64,000 nt of DNA from Longimicrobiales bacterium. Its GTDB lineage: Bacteria > Gemmatimonadota > Gemmatimonadetes > Longimicrobiales > Gaopeijiaceae. Of the stretch, positions 37,050 through 46,872 are shown one piece after another. Numbering within the stretch: the first letter of the stretch is position 1; each line of letters begins with the position of its first letter. Made by a program: the position numbers and the translations under genes. The notes beneath the pieces were generated by a model. The model searched no databases and was not told the DNA's origin. It worked only from the letters and a program-made list of their open reading frames with translations. The stretch is from positions 2,842-66,841 of the forward strand of contig JAPKDG010000003.1 in the NCBI GenBank assembly GCA_028822645.1. The letters run 5' to 3'.

Positions 37050-38969
37050 TTGAACCCACTGGACGAAATAGAGCATTCGGAAAAGACTTCTGGGAATACT
37101 GATGAAATCCCGTTAGTCGCTCTGGCTGGCCCTCCCAATTCAGGGAAAACAACCCTCTTCAATAGGCTGACAGGACTACGCCAAAAAGTTGCCAACTATC
37201 CTGGAGTGACAGTAGAGAAGCACATCGGAGAAGTGAGATCGGGCGGACAAGTCTTGGCGGACTTAGTCGATCTCCCTGGCATACATGGTTTTTCGGCTCG
37301 CACGCTAGACGAAAAAATCACCAAAGAAGTACTCGAAGGCCAAGTAGACGGGGTAAAAAAACCAGATGCTGTCATAATGGTAACCGACTCAACCCGCTTA
37401 GAGAATCAGCTGATGCTAGTCGAGCAAGTACTCGAGCTTAATTTGCCTACGTTGCTGGTTTTGAACATGTCTGATGAGCTTAAAGATCGTGGCGGGAGCG
37501 TGAACGCAACTGCACTCGCTGAACGTTTGGGAGTACAGGTCGTATGGACTAATGGAAGGACAGGTGAAGGTACCGAAGAAATCACAGAGTACATATCACA
37601 ACTTAAGCGTGGAAATTCGACTCAATCGAAAGTGAGTGACGTCCTAAAAGATTCGAGCCAATCTAGGACACTTCCTGTCTTGGAACGTTTTTCAAAAAGA
37701 AAAAAAGCAGTGAAAGAAGTCGTCTCTCAGGTAGATTTTGTGCCCCCCAAACCATCAGCTATCAGCGGACACCTGGACTCTCTAGTCCTGCATAAAATAT
37801 GGGGTCCAATGATTTTCTTCGCCGTTGTAATCCTCGTGTTTCAATCTATTTTCACCTGGGCCGTTCCGCTCATGGATGGAATACAGTTTCTCATTGAAGT
37901 TTCGGGGTCTTGGATCTCTGGTGTCCTGGCAGATACCTGGTTCCGATCATTATTAATCGACGGCATCTGGGCCGGAGTTGGTTCTGTAGTGGTCTTTTTG
38001 CCCCAAATTCTCATTCTCTTTCTCTTTATCGGCATCTTGGAAGATTCGGGATATATGGCTCGTGCTGCAGTGATCGCTGACCGAGTCATGTACCGGATAG
38101 GGCTACAAGGAAGAGCTTTCCTTCCACTCTTATCTGGATATGCCTGTGCGGTTCCTGCAATCCTCTCAGCGAGAACCATTGAAGATGATCGTGACCGGTT
38201 GGCCACCATTTTTGTGACACCGTTTATGACCTGTTCAGCTAGGCTTCCGGTATACGTACTACTGATAGCAGCGTTTATACCTAACGAAGCCTTCTTGGGA
38301 TCGTTTCTCAGTCAAAGAACGGTAGCACTCATCCTACTCTATGCCCTGGGTATTATCGCTGCCGTCATCACGGCCTTTATCCTAAAACGCACTCTTCTCA
38401 AAGCAGAATCTTCAACTTTCTTGATGGAACTACCACCTTACCGTCTTCCATCCCTACAGACCCTGGGGCTGAGACTGCTCGACAGGGGCCGGATCTTCCT
38501 AACAAGAGTAGGAAAGATCATCTTCACTGTGACCATCATTCTTTGGTTCCTGACTCAATTTCCAAGAACGGAGTTTGGTGCACCACAGGATATAGAACAG
38601 AGTGCTCTAGGTCAGATCGGTCATGTAATTGAGCCCGTAATTGCACCTCTTGGTTTCGATTGGCGAATCGGCATTGGGCTAGTGACATCGCTGGCCGCTC
38701 GGGAAGTGATCGTGGGAACACTCGGCACCATCTACGGCATCGAAACTGCAGATGAAGAATCCCTGGACCTTCAGAGTGCCTTACAGGAGAGCCTCTCTTT
38801 CCCTGCGGCTATGGGCCTTCTCGTTTTTTTTGCTTTTGCGCTTCAATGTATGTCAACAGTCGCCACCGTAAAACGAGAAACTGGTGGATGGAAATGGGCC
38901 TCATTTCAATTTCTCTATATGCTGGCCTTAGGTTATTTTGGAGCTTTTTTAGCTTTTAGATTATTCTGA
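37050..38969 (+). CDS. feoB: Ferrous iron transporter FeoB
   Basis: 639 aa with a TTG start. G-domain GPPNSGKTTLFNRLTG, DLPG, NMSD. C-terminal polytopic gate domains. Confidence 0.92.
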   Translation: MNPLDEIEHSEKTSGNTDEIPLVALAGPPNSGKTTLFNRLTGLRQKVANYPGVTVEKHIGEVRSGGQVLADLVDLPGIHGFSARTLDEKITKEVLEGQVDGVKKPDAVIMVTDSTRLENQLMLVEQVLELNLPTLLVLNMSDELKDRGGSVNATALAERLGVQVVWTNGRTGEGTEEITEYISQLKRGNSTQSKVSDVLKDSSQSRTLPVLERFSKRKKAVKEVVSQVDFVPPKPSAISGHLDSLVLHKIWGPMIFFAVVILVFQSIFTWAVPLMDGIQFLIEVSGSWISGVLADTWFRSLLIDGIWAGVGSVVVFLPQILILFLFIGILEDSGYMARAAVIADRVMYRIGLQGRAFLPLLSGYACAVPAILSARTIEDDRDRLATIFVTPFMTCSARLPVYVLLIAAFIPNEAFLGSFLSQRTVALILLYALGIIAAVITAFILKRTLLKAESSTFLMELPPYRLPSLQTLGLRLLDRGRIFLTRVGKIIFTVTIILWFLTQFPRTEFGAPQDIEQSALGQIGHVIEPVIAPLGFDWRIGIGLVTSLAAREVIVGTLGTIYGIETADEESLDLQSALQESLSFPAAMGLLVFFAFALQCMSTVATVKRETGGWKWASFQFLYMLALGYFGAFLAFRLF

Positions 38970-39183
38970 ATCAAAAATTATCATCACTATACCAAAGAGA
39001 TTTTTTTCAACAATAAGGTTGTCGCTGATTGTCTGGACGAATTAGAGCTGCATTACTTCAAAAATCATACCACGTTCCTTTTTCATGATCGATTTACGGA
39101 CACTCTGCGTAGTTTCAGAAGAAAAGCTGGACCTGATTTTGGATCTATTATAAGCCTCTAAAAAGTTACCCAAAATCCAATCC

Positions 39184-39435
39184 TCAGAAAAAGACCGTCA
39201 CGCAGTAAATCACAATCAGGATTCCAGTAGTCAAAAATAGTAACTTAACAATGCTGTTGTTTTCTTTTGCTATTTTGGAACCAAAGCGGGGAGCATAGTG
39301 CTTGCTGGTATGGAAATGAGCATCCCACTCCTCAAGGCCCTTAATGCCCTCCTGCAACTCCTCCTCAGGCATTCCCTCCAAGGTGTCTGCAGCCGACCGC
39401 ATGTACCCCCCGTCTGTTTGATTGGAATTCTTCAT
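39184..39435 (-). CDS. Small tail-anchored membrane protein, unknown
   Basis: 83 aa. Acidic N-terminal part and a single C-terminal TM (LLFLTTGILIVIYCVTVFF). ATGA overlap with the stop of the upstream MORN gene. Confidence 0.45.
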   Translation of the reverse strand: MKNSNQTDGGYMRSAADTLEGMPEEELQEGIKGLEEWDAHFHTSKHYAPRFGSKIAKENNSIVKLLFLTTGILIVIYCVTVFF

Positions 39436-40058
39436 GAATCAACACCAAAATCTGGGCATGGATCGTATTCGTTCTTATTACCGTAGTCGAACCATATCCC
39501 ACACCTTTCACCTCGATCATAAGAGCCGCTTCTGAGTATTTCGTCGTTCAGCCAATAGCTCTCGAAGAAGCCGTGCATTTCATCATTCACGAAGCTGGCC
39601 ATCAACGTCTTCTCTCCATTCTTCCTAAACTCAGAAAGAGTACCTTCCCACTTGCCTGCTTGATAGTTCACCGAACGAAATAGAGTTCCGTCACCGTAAT
39701 AACTCATCACCATACCACTCTTTAAACCCTGGTCAAATCTCCCCATTTCCATCATGCCTTCCTCGATGACGATCGCTCCACGATCCGTCCTCAAAGGACC
39801 AGCAATATAGTACAGCTCTGCATCATAATTTGTATAGGGTCCGTGAAATAAACCATCCACAAGATTCAGATCCATAACTAGCGTATGATCTTCTGGGGCC
39901 ATCTTAACGGCCGAACCTGTATACGATTTACCTGTTCTTGGGTGCAGGTACCGACCTTCCTCTAGAAGAAGATCCTCCAAATAGACCGGGCCGGTACAAC
40001 CTCCAACCAGAATCACGGTCAGGAGTATGATATTCTTGTTAATGCGTAACTTTTCCAT
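39432..40058 (-). CDS. MORN-variant repeat (YwqK-like) lipoprotein, paralogue 3 of 3
   Basis: 208 aa. Lipobox LVGGC. KSYTGSAV, repeated G/Y/N motifs, and C-terminal CGIWFDYGNKNEYDPCP. Confidence 0.7.
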   Translation of the reverse strand: MEKLRINKNIILLTVILVGGCTGPVYLEDLLLEEGRYLHPRTGKSYTGSAVKMAPEDHTLVMDLNLVDGLFHGPYTNYDAELYYIAGPLRTDRGAIVIEEGMMEMGRFDQGLKSGMVMSYYGDGTLFRSVNYQAGKWEGTLSEFRKNGEKTLMASFVNDEMHGFFESYWLNDEILRSGSYDRGERCGIWFDYGNKNEYDPCPDFGVDS

Positions 40059-40321
40059 CCATGAGTCTCCCCCATTTTTCTACAGTACACAAGCCTCTGC
40101 ATGCTTACTCGAATAGCGTACTAAGAGTCACAGGACCACGAGAAAGTCACCTGCTTTAAACGAATCCCACACTTCGGGCTATCTTTTTTTGAAGGCATTA
40201 ACTGATTTTAAAATACAAAAACATGAACATACCTAGTAATTTCTTTAATTTTGAAGAGTTTACATGATGATTCATCGAATAATTTACAAGAAGGAACGCC
40301 CGCACGGCCCCGAGGTATTCG

Positions 40322-41734
40322 GTGAGTAAACGCATAGGCTTTGACCGTTCGATTGTAGAAGGGCCACTCCGCAGCGCCGTCTGGAAACTCGCGTGGCCGA
40401 CCATGTTGCAGAACATGATCGGTGGATTCCAGGGTGTCATCGACCATGTTATGGTCGGCAAATACGTTGGCTACGTCGGAAATGCCGCTATTGGAGTCTC
40501 TTGGCAAATCTTTCTGGTGATCATTGTCTTTATTAGTTCCCTCTTCACTGGCATGGGTGTGCTGGTAGCACGATTCGCAGGTGCAAACGACCACGACAAA
40601 GTCAACAGAACGGTATATCAGGCCTTTCTGACTTGTTTAATGATCGTTTTATTTATCATGGCCCCTCTTGGTTATCTAGCATCTCCGACTCTATTGAATT
40701 GGGTCAACACTACCCCCGAGGTGCAGGCGGAGGCGCTACCTTACCTACGCACCATGTTCATTTTTTCCATTGGTCTACTCATGTTTTTTATGCTGGGCGG
40801 AGCTCTTCGTTCAGCTGGAGATGCCCGTACGCCTCTGAAGCTGGGGATTGCCCTTACTGTCCTCAACATCACCCTGAGTGTCATCCTAATAAGAGGCCTA
40901 GGTCCTATACCTGCCTTCGGGACTGTTGGGGCAGCTATCGGGACCGTGGTCTCTGCTGCCATCGTCAGTGTCTACGCCTTCACCAAACTTTTCGATGGTA
41001 GCTGGGTGGTCCAATTTCAACGTGGCATGAATAGACGCCCGGATTACACTATCATCAGACAGCTTTTTAAATTTGGCCTCCCGACTGGCTTACAAGGTGT
41101 AGCCATGAATCTCGGAGGTGTTTTCCTTCTAGGATTCGTTGGATCGCTTGCTATGAGTGCACAGGCACAAGCAGCATATACAGTTGGTTATAACCAAATA
41201 TTTTCCTTCATCACTTGGACTTCTATCGGGATCATGGGTGCGACGGCCGCAGTCTCGGGTCAGAACCTGGGGGCTGGAAATCCGGAACGTACTGCCCAGG
41301 CTGTCAATGTGGCTGCTGGTTTCGGGCTACTGTTGGCCGTAGTAATCGGTTCTCTGTTTCTACTGATCCCCAACTTACTGCTAGGAGTATTTTCTATCGA
41401 AGAGCCTGGCGTATTGGAACTCGGTGTAGAATTACTGCGGTACCTAGCTGTGTCTGGATTATTTATTACGGTCGCACTGGCTTTCACAGGTGGCCTACAG
41501 GGCACTGGTGACACTAAAAGTCCCTTATATATTTCCATTGTTTCCCAAGTTGTCCTGCCACTAGGGCTGTGTTTTACATTGCAAACATTTGGCACACTGG
41601 AAGCTAAAGGCATATGGCTAGCCATAGTGCTTGGGCATCTCTCTAGAGCGATACTCAGTGTGATAGTATTCAAGAGAGAAAAATGGAGAGATATCAAAGT
41701 AGACCTCGGATACACTTCCACTAGTCCATCCTGA
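40322..41734 (+). CDS. MATE-family efflux transporter
   Basis: 470 aa with 12 TM segments. N-terminal GPLRSAVWKLAWPTMLQNM and an internal duplication are typical of MATE/NorM. Confidence 0.88.
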   Translation: MSKRIGFDRSIVEGPLRSAVWKLAWPTMLQNMIGGFQGVIDHVMVGKYVGYVGNAAIGVSWQIFLVIIVFISSLFTGMGVLVARFAGANDHDKVNRTVYQAFLTCLMIVLFIMAPLGYLASPTLLNWVNTTPEVQAEALPYLRTMFIFSIGLLMFFMLGGALRSAGDARTPLKLGIALTVLNITLSVILIRGLGPIPAFGTVGAAIGTVVSAAIVSVYAFTKLFDGSWVVQFQRGMNRRPDYTIIRQLFKFGLPTGLQGVAMNLGGVFLLGFVGSLAMSAQAQAAYTVGYNQIFSFITWTSIGIMGATAAVSGQNLGAGNPERTAQAVNVAAGFGLLLAVVIGSLFLLIPNLLLGVFSIEEPGVLELGVELLRYLAVSGLFITVALAFTGGLQGTGDTKSPLYISIVSQVVLPLGLCFTLQTFGTLEAKGIWLAIVLGHLSRAILSVIVFKREKWRDIKVDLGYTSTSPS

Positions 41735-41738
41735 ATTA

Positions 41739-41802
41739 TGAGGGAAAGAAATAACCGTACTAATCGGTGACACCTGATTAGTACGGTTATTTCTTTCCCT
41801 CA
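41739..41802. repeat. Perfect 27-bp-stem inverted repeat (10-nt spacer) between convergent genes
   Basis: TGAGGGAAAGAAATAACCGTACTAATC (41739..41765) / GATTAGTACGGTTATTTCTTTCCCTCA (41776..41802), verified base by base. It starts 5 nt after the MATE stop. No flanking U-tract on either strand. Confidence 0.9.
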
Positions 41803-41829
41803 ACTCTCACCCAACTTCTCAGTATTTTC

Positions 41830-42387
41830 CTAGCTTCCAGGTATCATGAGGTGAGCAGCACTTGTCCCAGCTGCCATTATGAAACTTCCACCTTCTCTAC
41901 CATTCTCAGGGAAACCTGTGGAAGCCCCTGTAGCGTGAGGCATCGCTATAGTCGTGTGTACACGGGCACTAGCCTGATCCTCACCGCGCATTGCAATCCA
42001 CAGCGAACCAAAAACAGCCTCCACTCGGGTACCATCTGCTTCGGCCGAAGCAATTGCTTCGTTTTCCTCTTCTCTATTAGAGGTCTCTACCCGGAAACGC
42101 CGATTTTGTGCAACTCTGTCTAGATTACCAAGGTTGGTGCACTGTACATCGAAAGCTCCACGTCGATCCTCGCTAGACCTATCATAGCAAACCAACTGGT
42201 TACTGCCTTCCTGCAGCACTTCGTATGTATAATCGTCGTTCCATGAAACAACTGTAGCTCCTTCCTGGCTCCTAGCCGGGGCAGCAGCTAGAGCCATAGA
42301 GATAGTTGAAGCTTGAGCGGAAATTCCTACCGAAGGCCAAAACACCATTGGCACTAAGACTGCAGATAATAATAGTATCTTCTTCAT
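41830..42387 (-). CDS. Secreted hypothetical protein
   Basis: The ATG at 42387 is preferred (GGAGAA 6 nt upstream). Signal peptide ending ISAQA. No family recognised. Confidence 0.5.
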   Translation of the reverse strand: MKKILLLSAVLVPMVFWPSVGISAQASTISMALAAAPARSQEGATVVSWNDDYTYEVLQEGSNQLVCYDRSSEDRRGAFDVQCTNLGNLDRVAQNRRFRVETSNREEENEAIASAEADGTRVEAVFGSLWIAMRGEDQASARVHTTIAMPHATGASTGFPENGREGGSFIMAAGTSAAHLMIPGS

Positions 42388-42582
42388 ATCGTTCTCCATG
42401 ATAAAGTTGGATCAATTTATATATTCAGCAATAATAAAGATACCAACAGCACTGGACCCCTAGAGATTTACCTATTTCTGTGCTGAAAGGTCTGACTTCC
42501 AGTACAGACCTCCGAAGTAACCATGACAGAGACCTTGCGTAGTCACCATTTTCAGGTAGTATGTGCTCATTACTAACATAAT

Positions 42583-42741
42583 AGGGTGGGTCCTACGGAA
42601 ACTGGTGAAAATCTAGTACGGCCCCGCCACTGTGAGAGGTCCACCATTAAGTGAGTGGAACGACTGTTGTGAACGACCACTGAGGACAACTCCTTGGGAA
42701 GGTCAACCGTCGACCTCAAGTCAGGAGACGCAGCCCACCCT
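42583..42741 (+). promoter_or_regulatory. Cobalamin (B12) riboswitch
   Basis: P1 arms AGGGTGGG (42583..42590) / CCCACCCT (42734..42741). Conserved core GGTGAAAATC (42604) and CCCGCCACTGT (42623). B12 box AGTCAGGAGACGCAGCC (42719..42735). Located directly 5' of a TonB-dependent receptor. Confidence 0.85.
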
Positions 42742-42832
42742 ACGTACGCTTGACCCTCCGCGGGGAGGAGACGGAGTCCGATTTAATTTTCGGAAGTTCC
42801 GTTCTTTCTCTTGCGAACAACGACGGATTGAA

Positions 42833-44845
42833 ATGGTTACAACTAAAATGTTTCCCCTGTTGAAATGCAGAAGCGGAACCATCGCCACCTTCATGTTAGT
42901 GCTGACACTAACGGTTTCATTTGGCTTATTTCCATCTACAAGTGAAGCCTCTGCTCAAGAGACAGTTTTTCCTATAGAAGGGCTAGTCGTAACTGCGAGT
43001 CCTCTGCCTCGCGAAACAACCGCTATCGCCAATCACCTGACAATCCTGGAAGGATCTGATATTCAAGCCCGCGGCAAGAGGACACTTGCTGAAGCCCTGA
43101 GAGAATTAGCTGGTGTTACCGTCGTGCGAGGAGGGTCATTCGGAGCTGTTACTTCTGTCTTTCTTAGGGGAGGCGAAAGTGACTATGCTCTGGTACTAGT
43201 TGACGGAATTCAAGTCAATGAAGCTGGAGGTCATTTCGATTTTTCCTCACTGACTACCGACAATATCGAACGGATAGAAATCTTGCGGGGACCAGCTAGT
43301 GCACTATACGGTTCTGATGCAGTCGCGGGTGTGATCCACGTCATAACTAAACTAGGACGTGGAACGCCCTCAGCCACCTTGTCTTATGATACAGGAACTT
43401 TTGGAAAGCAGGATTTGATTGGCCAATTTAGTGCGGGCACTGAACGAGCAGCCTACTCTATGTCGATCGCCAACTATAAAATTGCTGGTATCCTTCCCTT
43501 CAATAATCAAAGCTCAAATAGATCTTTGTCTGGCAATGCCCGACTACGACCAGACAATGTGACAGACCTAGCCATGGGCTTTCGACTTACAAGCCGACAA
43601 TATCATTTTCCGACCGATGGGTCAGGAGCCATTGTTGATCATAATGCATTCACTTTCAGTGATAACATTAACGCACATGCCAATTTGACCCGGACAATAA
43701 CTCCGAACCTTTCTCTCCAAACACTAATAGGACTAAACCAAACAGATGGAGGGACAGATGACGCACAAGATAATGGGGTTGATACAATCGGATTTTACGG
43801 GTACACAAGTTCTGATCAATTTCGTCGTGCCAGTGGTGAGATCAAAGCTCACGTGAATATCCGATCCGCAACCGCTTCAGTCGGATTTGAGTATGAACAC
43901 GAATCACAACGTTCCTTCACGGAATCAATGAGTGAATACGGAACCAATTACGGTAAAAGCAAAAACCACAGAGAAAACCGAGCATATTTTGTCGCACTCA
44001 CAAATTCACATAGCCACCTTTCTTATAATCTCGGTGGGCGCCTCGAAGACAACGAACGATTTGGGAATAATCAATCTTGGCAAGCAGGTGCAAGCTGGGG
44101 CCCTCTCGGTACTACCAAAACGCTACTCAAAGCAGCGGCCGGAACTGCTATAAAGGAGCCCACCTTCTATGAGAATTTTGCCACTGGCTTTGCAAAAGGG
44201 AATCCAGACCTTAAGCCCGAAAAGGCAACGTCTTGGGAATTGGGGTTAGGACAGAATTTCTCCAAAAACAGTCTCCGGTTCTCCGCCACATACTTCAATC
44301 AACGATTCAAAGATGTCATTCAGTACATCTCCAGCCGGCCGAATCCTTCAGATCCGAGTTTTTTAAACGTCGCCAAGGCAGAATCTAGGGGTTTCGAATT
44401 GGACGCTAAAATGGATATCCAACCCTTCAGTGTTGGAGTTTCATGGACCTCGATGAAGACAGAAGTCACTGATTCAGGTTTCGAAAAAGATGAAGGAGCA
44501 ACATTCGTGGAAGGTCAGTCACTATTAAGAAGACCTGATCAGAAATTTTCATCTTGGATTAGCCTGACCAAAAAGCATACCGATATCTCCGTTCATTTTT
44601 CGCATATCGGAGCACGTGCCGATCGAGATTTCTCCACTTATCCAGCCACGCGCATCATACTGCCTGCGTACAACTTACTTTCAATTGAAAATACCTGGAG
44701 AATAATGGTGAATAGTAACGATCATCCGACTCTGACATTACGTATAAAAGGAGAAAATATGTTGGCGGAGCACTATCAAGAAGTCTTTGGATTCCAGACT
44801 CCTGGAAGGAGTCTGACAATTGGAGCCACAGCGCATATCAACTGA
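42833..44845 (+). CDS. btuB: TonB-dependent receptor, BtuB-like (cobalamin/corrinoid uptake inferred from the riboswitch)
   Basis: ATG at 42833 followed by a signal peptide (...TSEASAQ). TonB box/plug ETVFPIEGLVVTASP, IEILRGPASALYGSDAVAGVIHV. C-terminal barrel. The first 67 codons of the ORF-track model are the riboswitch. Confidence 0.8.
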   Translation: MVTTKMFPLLKCRSGTIATFMLVLTLTVSFGLFPSTSEASAQETVFPIEGLVVTASPLPRETTAIANHLTILEGSDIQARGKRTLAEALRELAGVTVVRGGSFGAVTSVFLRGGESDYALVLVDGIQVNEAGGHFDFSSLTTDNIERIEILRGPASALYGSDAVAGVIHVITKLGRGTPSATLSYDTGTFGKQDLIGQFSAGTERAAYSMSIANYKIAGILPFNNQSSNRSLSGNARLRPDNVTDLAMGFRLTSRQYHFPTDGSGAIVDHNAFTFSDNINAHANLTRTITPNLSLQTLIGLNQTDGGTDDAQDNGVDTIGFYGYTSSDQFRRASGEIKAHVNIRSATASVGFEYEHESQRSFTESMSEYGTNYGKSKNHRENRAYFVALTNSHSHLSYNLGGRLEDNERFGNNQSWQAGASWGPLGTTKTLLKAAAGTAIKEPTFYENFATGFAKGNPDLKPEKATSWELGLGQNFSKNSLRFSATYFNQRFKDVIQYISSRPNPSDPSFLNVAKAESRGFELDAKMDIQPFSVGVSWTSMKTEVTDSGFEKDEGATFVEGQSLLRRPDQKFSSWISLTKKHTDISVHFSHIGARADRDFSTYPATRIILPAYNLLSIENTWRIMVNSNDHPTLTLRIKGENMLAEHYQEVFGFQTPGRSLTIGATAHIN

Positions 44846-44888
44846 CATAGGATCACACTGAGGACAGGAAAACGTCACCCCCATAAAA

Positions 44889-45929
44889 CTAACGCTTATT
44901 AAAAACCGAAGCTGGTCCTCCATAAGTGCCATCAGGAAGAACGGTAGGTTGGCTGTACTGAGAGTTCGTCATGAGTTGAAATACATTTACATCTTTAGTC
45001 TCTACCAATTCTCGAGTGCACAGAGGCCATTCATGAGATATCCGCTCGCAACGCTGTGCACCTTGATTCGCTCCTAACATCGAAGTTAGCGCCCAAAAAT
45101 AATATTCGGTGATCATGCAGGAATAATCACAACTTTGATCTTGGTAGGTATACCAAGCTCCAGACGGATACTGGCCTCCGGGTGGCTGTGCACATTGTCC
45201 ACTTGAATCCCTACAGGAATCAGGGCTACTTTGTTCAAAATGACCACCTCGAGCTAAGTCCATAGCGAGAGCAATCTTCGATCCAGCCTCTTCCTTAAGG
45301 TCTGAATAAACTCTGCTGTATCCTTGCTGAGTCACTAGATGTAGGATTTCTTCTATCGTCGGGTCGAAGGAAGCCGATGGAGGGTTTATCTCCGTGGACC
45401 ACAACACCCCCCCACTTCTCATTAATTCCTGTGCTGCATCAGTATCAAGATCACCAATGGCTTGTAAAACGGGATCCACGTCCTGCTCGTTCTTTACGAT
45501 ACCATTCCAAGCTTTAACAGATTTTAGTTTATTAACGACTTCAGGGTTATTAGGAGTCCCGTCTTGGTCGGAATCCAGCCACTGTGCCAAGACATGAGCA
45601 AGATGTAAATGCTTCTCAACCGGCGTGTCGAGGCTAGAAACCGTGTGAACTCCAAAGACACTAATATACTTATGAAAAAATGGTCGAAGTACAGCCAATT
45701 CTTCTGGGATCTCAAGAAATCCATCAGGGATTGGAGTAGTCAGGTGTTCTTCGGGGATTGTCAGTGAAGACTCCTCGCTACAACCGATTAATGATACAAG
45801 CACTAAAAAAATGGAGGTTCGTATGACCGAGTTCGCTTTGTTAGAAAAAGCTACATCCTGAGCAACGCTTTTCATGATTGGAATGACGCTCCTACATTTA
45901 GTTTGTAAGATGTTACTCACCTGAAACAT
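44889..45929 (-). CDS. Cys-rich lipoprotein, unknown function
   Basis: 346-aa ORF. Probable start at Met19 (45875), followed by lipobox SLIGC. Eight Cys in the C-terminal third. No family recognised. Confidence 0.5.
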   Translation of the reverse strand: MFQVSNILQTKCRSVIPIMKSVAQDVAFSNKANSVIRTSIFLVLVSLIGCSEESSLTIPEEHLTTPIPDGFLEIPEELAVLRPFFHKYISVFGVHTVSSLDTPVEKHLHLAHVLAQWLDSDQDGTPNNPEVVNKLKSVKAWNGIVKNEQDVDPVLQAIGDLDTDAAQELMRSGGVLWSTEINPPSASFDPTIEEILHLVTQQGYSRVYSDLKEEAGSKIALAMDLARGGHFEQSSPDSCRDSSGQCAQPPGGQYPSGAWYTYQDQSCDYSCMITEYYFWALTSMLGANQGAQRCERISHEWPLCTRELVETKDVNVFQLMTNSQYSQPTVLPDGTYGGPASVFNKR

Positions 45930-45976
45930 CTTATCAATTAGTCATGCAACAAGTATCACCCAAAGGTTAATCAACA

Positions 45977-46300
45977 ATGGCAAAATTAAAAAGAATTCGT
46001 GTTTTTTTCTGTGCAAAACTTCAGGCAACCCTCATGGCTATGTTAGGACTCATAGCTGGGATCATATACTCGCTAGGAGGACTTATTGGGGAATTAACTG
46101 AGGGAATTCCCCTGAACTTGGGAACGATACTCGCTTTTGCAGCCCTTCTCGGTATGCCTGCCCTATTTGCTATAGTGGGATTCGCCACCGGAGGCATCTC
46201 AGCACTGCTTTATAACCGAGCCACTCTATGGATGGAGGGGATAGAAATAGATCCAGATTATGACCTTATCTTACAAATCGAAGAAAATAATCAAGGATAG
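45977..46300 (+). CDS. Small membrane protein (2-3 TM), unknown
   Basis: 107 aa with Gly-rich TM segments and an acidic C-terminal tail. Confidence 0.45.
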   Translation: MAKLKRIRVFFCAKLQATLMAMLGLIAGIIYSLGGLIGELTEGIPLNLGTILAFAALLGMPALFAIVGFATGGISALLYNRATLWMEGIEIDPDYDLILQIEENNQG

Positions 46301-46374
46301 GTTAAGCTTCCAAACAACTACCTGATCCTTACAAAGACCATCTGAATTATTAGTTAGACTTACTGGAAAAACCC

Positions 46375-46737
46375 CTACAGCCAATCATCCATAGGAGCTG
46401 TAAGTTCACCGCCTGCATCTCCAGTATTGATCACACCCCTAGGTTCAATCAACAAAACCTTACACTCTTCCTCTGAAAATGGGCGATGCCTCTCCCCTCT
46501 TTTTACAACCATCATCTCACCACTTTGCAACGTCACTGTTCTATCCTCAAATTCAATCTGCATGACCCCCTCAATGACTACGAACACCTCATCCGTATCG
46601 TCATGTGAGTGCCAAACAAAATCTCCTTTTATTTTTACAACCTTTATTTGGTAGTCATTCATCTCTGCAATGACCTTGGGTGACCAACAATCTTCGAGTA
46701 AGTCAAACTTAGATTGAAAATTGATAGATTTTTCCAT
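46375..46737 (-). CDS. Cupin-domain protein (cytoplasmic)
   Basis: 120 aa. GDFVWHSHDDTDEVFVVIEG...GEMMVVKRGERHRP, the two-motif cupin signature. Confidence 0.8.
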   Translation of the reverse strand: MEKSINFQSKFDLLEDCWSPKVIAEMNDYQIKVVKIKGDFVWHSHDDTDEVFVVIEGVMQIEFEDRTVTLQSGEMMVVKRGERHRPFSEEECKVLLIEPRGVINTGDAGGELTAPMDDWL

Positions 46738-46767
46738 TTTCCTTTCCCGATTGTCCCTAAAAAATAT

Positions 46768-46872
46768 TTACCATGTCGACAAAATGATTCCGAGCATCAC
46801 GGTAGCGTACACTATTACGAGGACTGCTCCCACTACAAAAACTTTGAAGGACGCACTTCCTTTATTCATCAT
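46768..46872 (-). CDS. Small (34 aa) single-TM peptide, below the ORF-track cutoff
   Basis: My own translation: MMNKGSASFKVFVVGAVLVIVYATVMLGIILSTW*. Its ATG overlaps the stop of the upstream mini-ORF (ATGA). It ends 30 nt upstream of the cupin gene. Confidence 0.35.
   Translation of the reverse strand: MMNKGSASFKVFVVGAVLVIVYATVMLGIILSTW

Noticed and set aside
42632-42832. N-terminal 67 codons of the ORF-track TonB-receptor model (MRGPPLSEWNDCCERPL...)
   Set aside because: This stretch is the cobalamin riboswitch and its expression platform. A proper signal peptide and TonB box follow the ATG at 42833.
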